This document shows, piece after piece, positions 1 through 9,202 of a stretch of DNA of 32,000 nt. Position 1 is the stretch's first letter. Each line of letters begins with the position of its first letter. The stretch spans positions 30,001 through 62,000 of the forward strand of contig OZ246420.1 in assembly GCA_965231145.1 (NCBI GenBank), written 5' to 3'. The translations under genes and the position numbers were made by a program. The notes under the pieces are model-generated. The model was not told the origin of the DNA, searched no databases, and was given only the letters and a program-made list of their open reading frames with translations. The DNA is from Candidatus Saccharimonadota bacterium (lineage in GTDB: Bacteria > Patescibacteriota > Gracilibacteria > Absconditabacterales > Absconditicoccaceae).

Positions 1-2
1 GA

Positions 3-404
3 AAATACTTTGGTATGGGGAAAACAGAGCTTCACTATATTTGAAGAGCGCTTGATAAGTATGGCGCGTGGGCGATCGTGCTCAGTAAATGGAATGGTTA
101 TGCACGCGGTATTATCCCATTTATTGCAGGGACAAGCAAGATGGGGTGGGGAAGATTTATGTTATTCAATTTCATAGGCTCTGCCGTTTATGCTATCATA
201 CTTATTACGCTTGCAAAGATATTTGTAGGATATTATGAGATCATTATCCCGTATATTCGCTGGATTATGCTGGGAATCTTGCTAATTGCAGGTTTATATA
301 TGTGGTTTTTCAAAAGAGACTCTCTCAAAAGATATATTCGCGCGAAAGAAAAGGAGCTTGAAGAAGCGGAAAATGTGTTAACAGAAGTGGAACATAAGCT
401 TTAA
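3..404 (+). CDS. DedA/SNARE-associated family membrane protein, 5' end cut by window edge
   Basis: The frame is open from the window edge. ...YGAWAIVLSKWNGYARGIIPFIAGTSKMGWGRFMLFNFIGS... resembles the DedA C-terminal core. One in-frame TGA (42-44) is read as Gly. TAA stop at 402-404. Confidence 0.75.
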
Positions 405-460
405 ATCCTCCGTCCACATTGTGGTGTGGACACCTCCTTTGCAAAAGGAGGCTTCTATAG
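403..460 (+). repeat. Two-hairpin repeat element, copy 1 (intergenic, overlaps the dedA-like stop codon)
   Basis: AAATCCTCCGTCCACATTGTGGTGTGGACACCTCCTTTGCAAAAGGAGGCTTCTATAG. Hairpin 1 is GTCCACA/TGTGGAC and hairpin 2 is CCTCCTTT/AAAGGAGG. Similar to elements at 20242, 21557, 23639 and 31969. Confidence 0.85.
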
Positions 461-465
461 TGTTT

Positions 466-528
466 TAGCAGTTAGCAATTAGCATATAGCAGGTAGCAAA
501 TAAAATGCTATTTGCCATCCGCTATAAT
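466..528 (+). promoter_or_regulatory. TAGCA word-repeat tract followed by a GCTATAAT -10-like box upstream of rsuA
   Basis: tagcagttagcaattagcatatagcaggtagcaaata, then TATAAT at 523-528, 25 nt before the rsuA ATG. Related in sequence to the module at 30078-30119. Confidence 0.4.
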
Positions 529-552
529 CTATCTGCTTTTAATTATAATAAG

Positions 553-1269
553 ATGATAGTAAGACTTGATAAGTATTTAGCAATGCTCGGATTGGTTTCT
601 CGTCGCGATGCTGCAAAGGCAGTGAAGAGCGGGAGTATTTTGGTCGATGGCGAGATTGCGACGAAAAGTGATATGAAGATCGGTGAATGACAAACTATTT
701 CTTTTTATGGTCAACAGATAGAGGTCAAAGAGCATGTGTATGTATTGCTGCACAAGCCAGCATGATATGTATGTTCAGAGCTTGATGAGGGCGGGCATCA
801 TTCGTATAAGATGTTGCTGCAAGATTGTCCTTATGCGCCCATGCTTCACGTCGCTGGGAGATTAGACCGAGATACAGAGTGATTGGTTTTCTGCACAAAC
901 GATGGTAATTTTACGCATGAAATTATTTCGCCAAAAAAGAAAGAAGAAAAAGAATATTATGTCGAACTTGCGTTGCCGATATCGGACGAAGATATTGCAA
1001 AGTTTGAAACATGAATACATATCAATGATGCGGAGGGTGAATTTACTTGTATGCCTGCAAAAGTAAAAAGAGTGTCTGAAAATAGTATTCTTTTGACCAT
1101 TCATGAAGGTAAGTATCATCAGGTGAAACGTATGGCGCAGGCTGTGAATAATGAGGTAATATATTTGAGGCGCGAGAGAATTGGGTCGTGGATGTTAGAG
1201 GGATTGGAGAAGTGAGAGTGGAAATATATTCAAATTCAAAAATCAGAGAGCAAAGAGCAGAATGTATAA
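553..1269 (+). CDS. rsuA: 16S rRNA pseudouridine synthase, RsuA family (S4 domain + catalytic domain)
   Basis: N-terminal S4-like RLDKYLAMLGLVSRRDAAKAVKSGSILVDGE, then HKPA-G-YVCS and GRLDRDTE-G-LVF motifs in which the Gly is encoded by TGA. Five in-frame TGA codons, no TAA/TAG until 1267-1269. Confidence 0.85.
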
Positions 1270-1290
1270 GGAATAATCATTGATCTATGT

Positions 1291-1323
1291 AAAATAAAAA
1301 AGACGCCCCTCAGCGTCTTTTTC
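1291..1323. terminator. Bidirectional intrinsic terminator between convergent rsuA and the 1334-2194 gene
   Basis: Stem AGACGC (1301-1306) / GCGTCT (1312-1317), flanked by an A-run upstream and a T-run downstream. Confidence 0.75.
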
Positions 1324-1333
1324 TGTAGTCATG

Positions 1334-2194
1334 TTAATGTGTAAATCCACATAGCTGTCGGTATTGGCGAGCAACTGAGTGGTTGACTGCGCATGTTTCA
1401 AGCATTTGTTGTGCTGCTTGTACAGACGGGAAGTCTTTGTTGATGATCGTCCCGTTGCTACGATTGATCTTTACATAGTTGTTGTATCTTCGTATACCGT
1501 AACGCTTGCCGTTTGGCGCAACAAATACGAGGCGGTTTTGATAGTCGAGGTAGTTGAGTATTCACTGCAATGTGCGGGCGTGTCTTTCTGAGACAACATT
1601 GGTACTGTTTCCTCTGCTAAATGAGAAGATCTGATTGTTTTGCCGGATGGTATACAGCCTTCCATTGAGCGTATAGTAGGTGTCGAGATAGGTGAAGCTG
1701 TTGCTTGTCCACTGAGTTGTGTTGTTTGTTCCCTTAAATACTCTTATGACTTCCTGAGTAAGGAAGTAGAGATATGCGAACTTAGTCCTTTCTGTCGTGC
1801 TCAGTGAGCTATCACGATATCTCTGCCACATGTCTGATGAGACGTTTTGGAGTGAAGCCCTTAGTTTTACCTTTGTATTTGCTCCTTCATCGAACCACAG
1901 ATGGTAAATGAGACCGGTGAAACTTCTATTGAACTCAGCTCTTTGCTGACGACTTGGGATAAAAATGTTTCCCCAATTGTTTCTTTGTTCGTCTAAAAAT
2001 CTACTGTAAAAATTGTCATATACGATAACAGAGCTGATATCGCTAATAGATTCGGGGATAGTACATGTATAACTATCGATAAATCTCTGTTCCCGGCTTG
2101 CATATGGGGAGACGCTACATGCAAAAGAGACTCAGAAAGAGCTTATGATAGCCGCGAAAGAGAGAAAACCTCGCTTGAGGATTTGACGATTCAT
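1334..2194 (-). CDS. Hypothetical secreted protein / putative lipoprotein (286 aa)
   Basis: Two standard-code fragments join in one frame through TGA at 1562-1564 and 2132-2134. N-terminus MNRQILKRGFLSFAAIISSFGVSFAC looks like a signal peptide with a lipobox-like SFAC. TAA stop at 1334-1336. No family recognised. Confidence 0.6.
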
Positions 2195-2201
2195 GGGGTA
2201 T

Positions 2202-2230
2202 TTGACAAAATTGTAAATGTGTGTATTGTA
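2202..2230 (+). promoter_or_regulatory. Candidate sigma70-type promoter for ruvX
   Basis: TTGACA at 2202-2207 and TATTGT about 16 nt downstream. Confidence 0.35.
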
Positions 2231-2303
2231 ATGCTTTTTCCTAGTAATGCAATGGATGTTTCGTATTATATACACGAATTACTTATTAATAACAAGTGTG
2301 CGT

Positions 2304-2711
2304 ATGATGAAACAGAAAAGCTCAGTGCTAGCTATAGACTGGGGAAAAAAATATATAGGTGCGGCCTATGCTCTTCAGGGATCAACGGTGGTTTTTCCTA
2401 TCGGCTATTTGACAAATGATAAAAGCGTTTTTGCGGCTCTCGGCGAGCTTATAGTTCGCTATAGAGTAAAAACGATTGTGGTTGGACTTCCTCGCGACTC
2501 ATGGGCGAGAGATCAGATCGAAAGATTTGTTCATTCCTTTGTGGGGACGCTTTCTGATGATATTGCTGTGGAGCTTTTCGATGAAGACTATACAAGCGTG
2601 CAAGCGGGAGAGAAGATTGGAAATTTTCAAAAAAACATTGCAGAAGACACGCTTGCTGCAATGCTTATTTTAGAGCGCCGACTTAACCAACCCACTTCTA
2701 CTAGTAATTAG
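2304..2711 (+). CDS. ruvX: Putative pre-16S rRNA nuclease / Holliday junction resolvase-like protein YqgF (RuvX)
   Basis: VLAIDWGKKYIGAAYA... then TIVVGLP, typical of the YqgF/RuvX fold. Start taken at ATG 2304, TAG stop at 2709-2711. Confidence 0.8.
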   Translation: MMKQKSSVLAIDWGKKYIGAAYALQGSTVVFPIGYLTNDKSVFAALGELIVRYRVKTIVVGLPRDSWARDQIERFVHSFVGTLSDDIAVELFDEDYTSVQAGEKIGNFQKNIAEDTLAAMLILERRLNQPTSTSN

Positions 2712-2770
2712 ATGTTGGATATTAGATATTGGCAAGGTGCTACAATCTAATATCTATAATCTAACTGCTG
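2712..2770 (+). promoter_or_regulatory. Orphan promoter-like module (word repeats + TGCTACAAT) pointing antisense into the adhesin gene 3' end
   Basis: ttggatattagatattggcaaggTGcTACAATctaatatcTATAATctaactgctg. Related to modules at 30078-30119 and 19354-19375. No + strand gene follows it. Confidence 0.3.
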
Positions 2771-2784
2771 TATGCCGCGGTGTG

Positions 2785-5700
2785 TTATTGTGGTGTAGTT
2801 GGTGGAGGCGGTGTTGTAGTCGTAGTTGTCGGAACTGAAGGTGGTGGAGTAGCAGCAGTATTGTTTGCTGGTACCATAGGTACGCTTCCTGCGTTTGCAT
2901 TGTCTTCTTCTTTTTTCTGCATCCTTGCCTTAAGCGCAAAGATGATAACGAGGATAACAAAGCCACCTCAGAGAATTCCAACGATCCATATGATGATAGT
3001 AAGAACCGTTCCCCATCCGCTTGATTCTGTCGCTGTTGCTACTGGTTCGGGTGTCGTCGTATCTTCTGATGCACATGTTGTACCGTCTATGCTATAGTAG
3101 TTTATGATGCGACATCTTTCTTGTTGTATCTGTGAGAAATCTTCCGCATCGATCTCGTTGTTATCAAAGGCTGCTTGTGCCTCACTCATGATTTTATCGA
3201 GATCGTCTCTTATCACGCCCTTATCTCCATCCGCAGATTCGATACCAATGAAAACATTTTCCACATTGAGTCTTCTTGTTCCCGGGAGAAGGTAGAGAAT
3301 ACCTTGTTTCGCATTTTGATATTCGGTTCCACCGAGGGCAGATTGCCCGCTTTCGTTGGTGAGTAATACAATCGTCTGGATAATGCGTGTTCTGAGATCG
3401 CCTGTTATTTGATCGGGATTTGTATCAAGATAGTCATGTATTTGTATGATGATAGACTGCGCAGATGCCGGGTCTATAAGATTGTTTCTGAGATTGAGGA
3501 GAAGAGTTTTGAGGAATGCCGCACTTTCTGGAGCCGCATCGATAAGCTGGTTAAGTTCATTGTATGTATTCTTCAAACTCTCCGGGAGAGTATTGTCGAA
3601 GTCTATGAATTCGATGCTTACGTCTCTTGTAAGGAGTACCCCATCTTTCTCGTAATATGCTCTTGCGATAGATGAGTCGTACTGAGGAGTATATTTGATC
3701 ATCGTCTCCTGGTTACATGCAATGTCTCTGTCCTGATCTGGAGTCCCGTCTTTATTGCTGTCACTCGTAATGTCCTTGTCGACATAACAGTCTCCTTTTC
3801 CGTCATATGCAACGTAGAAGAGCACGGTATTATCGAGTCCCTTACCGATCTGCACTGTTGCGTTGCCACCTGTTGTTACATCCGGTGCAGGAAGCGTCAC
3901 GATGAGAGCATCGGTTGCAGGAGTTGGTCCAACAATATCTAACAGACCTCTCTGTCTTGAACTATTTCCAAATCTATCTGCAACATCATACTGGATAGCA
4001 TACCTTCACGCTACCGGGTAGACTACAGTAAAGTAACTTCTGTTTTCAATGAGGAGATTACTGTTTGTCTTACAGGTCTTGATGTCGAGACAAAATGTTT
4101 TTGCTGTGATGTCTCCAAGACTGATATCTCTGATAATCACTCTGTCGCCTATGGTTGCATAGAGGAATTGGGCTTTCGTTCACTTCTCTACATTTACTGA
4201 CTGTCATTTTGCGATACCGCTACGGCCTCTGTAGATGACTTTTGCTCTTGGGGTAAAGATACCATCTTTCTCGTAAATATATGTTACTTTAGTGTCTCTT
4301 GTGGAAAGATCGTCTGTTCCGTCTCCATCAAAGTCGTATCTGATAACTCTGTTTGCTGCAAAGTCATCCATATTGGTAAGGACGCTCGACTTTACTTCGA
4401 GGTTCACTGTTTCTCCAACTTTTGCTGTTGGTCTATCAACAATAAGCGTCACGATAGGGATGTCTGGATTTTTGCTGTCTGGTGGAAATACCACGATTGG
4501 TCCATTTCCTATAATGTCTTCGCTTCTTATACCTGTTGCGTCATCATTGTCGTACATTTCCACACCAAATCTATATTCTCCTGCAATTCTCGGAATAGAG
4601 AAGAATACGTACGGCGTATTTCCTGGTGTGACTTTCACTTCCAGTATTCTTTCTGGATCCTGCGTGTTATAGTAGTACCATCTGTATTTGCTTACTCACT
4701 GTACGCCTCCGTCTATATCTCTTGGATTGACTGCGTCAATTCTCACGATAAGCGGATCATAGTTGAGTGTAAAAATATCTTGCTGAGCGCTTTGTCCAAA
4801 TCCAATACCCTGAGTATTTCCATACTGAGGAAATGAGATTCTTAAATTATCCAGCGTTGGTTTGCTGTTTTGTACATTGATCCAGATCTTTGCGCTTGAT
4901 GTTTTTCCTGACTGAGTGTCTTCTACCGTAAAATCTACTACATGACATCCGAGCTGATCGAAGCTGTGTCTCATCTGCTGGTTTTGTGTCACGTCGTCGT
5001 TTGCTGGCTTGAAGTAGTATCTAAGATTGTTTCTTTGGCCATTGATGTTGATAGACTCACTGCCGTCTATGGTTACATCTTCATATCTATCTATATTATA
5101 TGCTGGTACACTTCCAAGATTTGGCTGATTACATACGCCTTCCGGCATCACCACAGTTCCCTGTCTATTGAAGATCCTATATGATGGGATAGGGGCGTCT
5201 CTGTCTCCAATGAACGCCATAGCTTGTACTTCGTTTTCTTCTCCCGATGGAGAGGTCGCAATAAGCTTCACTCTATATGCTCCGCTTTGTTTGTAGGTGT
5301 GAGACGTCTTGTCTGTTTGTACAATGTTTTTTTGCTGATCTCCGAAATCCCACTGGTAACTCACAAGTGTTTTATTTGACTTCACGAGGAAGTTGGTTGT
5401 GTTTCCAAGAGTCGTTGCGATTGGTGTCACGAAAATATATGGTCTCAAAGAAGACGCGATATCGAGCTTCTTTTCGATGCTGGCAATCTTTCCAAACTTA
5501 TCTTTTACGGTAAGTCTAATATTGTATGTTCCTTTTTCTTCAAATGAAACGAGAACTCTTTTTCCATCATCAAATGATTGCTCTACTTTTGCACTTTCAC
5601 CGTTGGAGAAATTCCATTCGTATGAGAGAGCGTCGCTACCATTGGTTACATCGTAGTCGCTACTTGCTGAAGCGTTGAAAATATACTCTGAGGCATATTT

Positions 5701-7044
5701 CCGCTGTTGTGTTGGAAGCATAGTAAACTGAGGAACTGGTGCAGTTGAATCAACAAATACTTTTACCATATCCTGATTTTCTTGTCACTGTTCGTCGGTG
5801 ATCTTGAGAACCACTGTATAGTTTCCTGGCTTTGGAAACTGTTTTTGAATAGTTTTTTGGTTTTGCAACGCTTCTAGTATGTTTCCATTTTCATCATAGA
5901 TCGTCCAAGAGAAGGTCTTAAGATTGGAAATTACCGAATACGATGTGCTTGCATCAAATGAGTATGTCGTTGTTGTGTTTCCCCCATTGGCAGGCGATTG
6001 TTTGATTGTCGCTACCGGATCAGAGATAACTAGCTGATATGTTTTGCTTACAGTATTGCCTTCGTTGTCTCTTACCGAAAGCTTTACGGCGTAGAGCCCA
6101 TTGTTTGGCAATGAAAGCTGTAGTACGTTTGGCGATGTATTTGCAGATGAAACTTGAGAAAATCTATTGTCTCCTTGTATCTGCCATTCGTGCCAGAGGA
6201 TCTGTCTTCCTCCAAGTGGGGTTGTAGCAGAGCCATCAAACCTGATTCCCTTTTGAGCTTCCTGTGTTCCAAGTTTTGTTGGAATCTGGTCGTTCATCTT
6301 CTTGCCATTTGCGAAGATAGCAATGTTTGCTGCTTGAGGAGCGACATTGATGTCTATGACCTGTTCGCCATCGAATATGCCGGCATCAGAATTGTTCACA
6401 CTTCTTACCGTAAGGCGAACCTTGTAGTTGCCTGCCTTTGTAAATGTGTATTTTACGACGCTTCCATTTCCAATGATCTTTTCTTCTCCGTCCACGTCTC
6501 TGTAGTACCAGTAAAAGTGGTCGGTAGGGATCGTAGTGTTTGATGGATCCTGACTGAGCCTTGCATCAAATGTTACCGTAAGCGGCGCTGAGTTAGATGT
6601 AGTATCATAAAGCGCTTCTGCTTTAGGAGTAACGGTATAGTTGGTGTTGATTTCTTTGATGATAGACTGAAGAGGGCCAAAGCAGTTGTTGTTGAACAAA
6701 GAAAAATTGTTGTAATCAAACCCACGAGAAAGAGTCTGCGTTGTGATGAGACATTGTTCATAGACTGTTCTGAACTCTGGTTTTTTAGGAAAATGATCGA
6801 AAACATATGAAAAATTTTCATAGAGTTTTGTGAAAATAAGTGTGTCGATAGAGCTTCCCACCTGCTTACCTGCCTGTATCTTGACGAGAAGATCCTGGAT
6901 ATCGTTCCACTGAGAGCTGATCTTGTAGTTTGGGGTATACTCGACAGGAATTGCTGCTTCGAGGGGATCAGCATGCATGAAAATCTGCGTAAGGGTCAAG
7001 ACCATCCACGATGCAGTGAGAATATGCTTTAGTCGCGATTTCAT
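2785..7044 (-). CDS. Giant surface protein (1419 aa): signal peptide, multiple PKD-like Ig repeats, Asp-rich Ca-binding-like motif, C-terminal TM anchor and Pro/Thr-rich tail
   Basis: Four standard-code ORFs (5785-7044, 4696-5769, 4204-4638, 2968-3900) share one frame and are joined only by TGA (for example 5785, 4696, 4204, 4180, 4006, 2968). N-terminal MKSRLKHILTASWMVLTLTQIF is signal-like. The pattern FDAS.S....W.....G...........G.Y.V.L.V.D..G recurs. DSNKDGTPDQDRD motif. TM segment WGTVLTIIIWIVGILGGGFVILVIIFAL, then KARMQKKEED...PPPPTTPQ. TAA stop at 2785-2787. Confidence 0.85.
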
Positions 7045-7077
7045 AAATCGATGCGATAATAAAATAAACTTTTTTCT

Positions 7078-7106
7078 ATTATAGATACATAAGGTCTATT
7101 TACCAA
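7078..7106 (-). promoter_or_regulatory. Candidate promoter of the PKD giant gene
   Basis: On the minus strand: TTGGTA (7106-7101), a 17-nt spacer, then TATAAT (7083-7078), about 34 nt upstream of the ATG at 7044. Confidence 0.5.
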
Positions 7107-7143
7107 AAACAGAGTGTGTTTATGCACTTCTTCATCATAATTT

Positions 7144-7174
7144 AAAAAACTGTCAACAATGCTGACAGTTTTTT
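7144..7174 (-). terminator. Intrinsic terminator after the 7246-8145 gene (symmetrical, could act on both strands)
   Basis: Stem CTGTCA (7150-7155) / TGACAG (7163-7168), with a 6-nt A-run and a 6-nt T-run on either side. Confidence 0.7.
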
Positions 7175-7245
7175 AACGGACTTTTAGGGAAAACGTCTAT
7201 TATCGTTTTTGCATGGATTCCAGATCGGGTCCGGAATAATGCTCA

Positions 7246-8145
7246 TTATTTTGCTCCTCTAAATTTGTAAACGACGTAGATAAGCATCATGAGGAAGGTG
7301 CTCATCAGGATAATATTGAGACCAGGACCTGTTTGTGGTGTTCCTTTTCCAGGCACGTCACTGATAGTATCAACTTTAACATTGAGGATTCTCTCACTAC
7401 CAACTGTGTTGCCATTTGCATCCATACCAACGATCTTTACGTTGTATGAACCAGCCTTACTGACAACAAATGAAAACTGTTGATCAGTAGATTTGGCGTT
7501 TCCTACTGACTTGTAGTCAGTGTCGTTGATGTTTTTGAGAGAGAATTGATAGTTACTTACTGCTGCGCTAGCATTCCATTTGAGCATAACATTACTTCCA
7601 GAGACTACGTAGGTGAAATTTACATTTGCATCTGTCGGTGCGCCAACAGATGTGTCTACGGGTGCATCTGGAATGTTGTCTGGAGTGCTACCGAGAGTAG
7701 TGAATGAACCTTCTGTAGAAAAGTCTCCTGAAATTCCATCTTTGTTTGTTGGCTTGATGATGAAGTAGTAGAGGGTTCCTACCTTCAATCCAGTCACCTG
7801 AAGTTGGACTGTTCCCTGGCTTACTGCCGCAGCATCAAGAGTGAACTTTTGTTCGAAAAGATCTTGTGGCTCTGCAACGCTGATACTTTTACCAACGCTG
7901 TAGACCACTGAATACTGGAGGATGTTCTCTCCATTTGCTTTTACGACAGGAGCTTGGATGATAGCTCCCGTTGTTGTCATACCAGTTGCAGTGATAACAT
8001 CTGAAGGAGTGAATCCCCAAGAGATTGTGCTACCGAAAATAGAATCTATCGAAGAATCCGCCGCTAAAGATACAGATGTGATAACTGCAAGTCCTGCTGT
8101 TGCTGCAAGTGTATAGCCCAAAACTTTTTTTGACCACGTTTGCAT
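7246..8145 (-). CDS. Secreted beta-rich (Ig/FN3-like, tentative) surface protein with C-terminal TPQTG cell-wall sorting signal
   Basis: Signal-like MQTWSKKVLGYTLAATAGLAVITSVSLAA. The C-terminus ...GKGTPQTGPGLNIILMSTFLMMLIYVVYKFRGAK has LPXTG-type architecture (motif, hydrophobic stretch, basic tail). True TAA stop at 7246-7248. Confidence 0.8.
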   Translation of the reverse strand: MQTWSKKVLGYTLAATAGLAVITSVSLAADSSIDSIFGSTISWGFTPSDVITATGMTTTGAIIQAPVVKANGENILQYSVVYSVGKSISVAEPQDLFEQKFTLDAAAVSQGTVQLQVTGLKVGTLYYFIIKPTNKDGISGDFSTEGSFTTLGSTPDNIPDAPVDTSVGAPTDANVNFTYVVSGSNVMLKWNASAAVSNYQFSLKNINDTDYKSVGNAKSTDQQFSFVVSKAGSYNVKIVGMDANGNTVGSERILNVKVDTISDVPGKGTPQTGPGLNIILMSTFLMMLIYVVYKFRGAK

Positions 8146-8429
8146 GGAAACAATTTGTATAGAATATAAAAACATAATACCACTGTTTGATACCAATACT
8201 TCAACAAAAATCAAGACTCTTTGTGTAAAGATTGTCTAATCAATGATGAAAAAATGTGGATATTCCTCTTGTAAGGCAGCAAACACCTTCCTTTAAGCTC
8301 ATTTTATCAAAAAGAAAAAAATAATTTACAAAAGTGGTAATTGATGTGTGATACATGTTGAGTCGTTGCAATTGAAGCCTCTTTCTGTACACTCATATCG
8401 TTTTATCTTTACACATATTTCTTACAACT

Positions 8430-8984
8430 ATGCTTACGTCGTCGTACAAGTCACATATGGAAAAAGTAATGCAGCATCTCCAACAGGAATTTTCTACACT
8501 TCAGATCGGAAGAGCATCAACAGGACTGGTGGATAACATAGATGTGTTTATCCCAGCATATGGGATGACGCAAAAACTCCCACAATTGGGAAATGTGTCG
8601 CTTATGGATAGTCAAACCATCAGGATCGAAGCGTGGGATAAGAGCGTCTATTCGTCCATAGAAAAGGCGATTTATGACTCAAATCTTTGACTTACCCCAC
8701 AAAACCAAGGTGAGTATATCATGATCAAAATACCACCTCTCACAACAGAGAGAAGAAAAGATCTTACAAAGCTCGTTTCGAAGATGGGTGAAGATGCGAA
8801 AGTAAAACTCAGAAATGTTCGTCATGATGCTATTGATGAGATCAAAAAAGAGTTTAATGAGAAACTTATTTCTGAAGATCAGAAGAAGGCTTACGAAGGC
8901 GAGATGGACGACATGACAAAAGATTTTGCTTCAAAAATTGATGCTGCAGTAAAAGCAAAATCAGAAGACATTATGAAGGTCTAA
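8430..8984 (+). CDS. frr: Ribosome recycling factor
   Basis: ...[40 protein letters not shown]...ISEDQKK... Two fragments (8430-8690, 8721-8984) share a frame, and the TGA sits on the conserved Gly of the SDLGLNP motif. Confidence 0.92.
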
Positions 8985-8992
8985 TTTTTCTT

Positions 8993-9045
8993 ATAATTTT
9001 AAATGTTGAATTCTAAATTTTAAATATACCAAGGGCGTTTATCTT
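8993..9045 (+). repeat. AT-rich AATTCTAAAT-type word-repeat module, copy A (3' of frr)
   Basis: ataattttaaatgttgaattctaaattttaaatataccaaggg, starting 9 nt after the frr stop. Related copies at 19472, 21901, 23530 and 24893. Confidence 0.75.
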
Positions 9046-9102
9046 TGTATTCCCAATACAATAAGGTCATATGCCACTTTCACTCTATCTATTCACTTAG
9101 AG

Positions 9103-9131
9103 AAATCTCCGTAAAACCGGAGATTTTTTTA
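9103..9131 (+). terminator. Intrinsic terminator downstream of frr
   Basis: Stem ATCTCCG (9105-9111) / CGGAGAT (9118-9124) followed by T7. Confidence 0.75.
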
Positions 9132-9144
9132 TATGTTCCATTAT

Positions 9145-9173
9145 TTGCATTTTTTCGTTAAAACCTATACAAT
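9145..9173 (+). promoter_or_regulatory. Candidate promoter of the 1670-aa giant gene
   Basis: TTGCAT (9145-9150), a 17-nt spacer, then TACAAT (9168-9173). Confidence 0.5.
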
Positions 9174-9202
9174 ATAAGGGAGTTTATTTTTAAGCATGAG
9201 AG

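Noticed and set aside
2780-3097. + strand ORF encoding a Gly/Val-rich 105-aa protein.
   Set aside because: It is the antisense image of the Pro/Thr-rich tail and TM region of the PKD giant gene, so it is a compositional shadow ORF.
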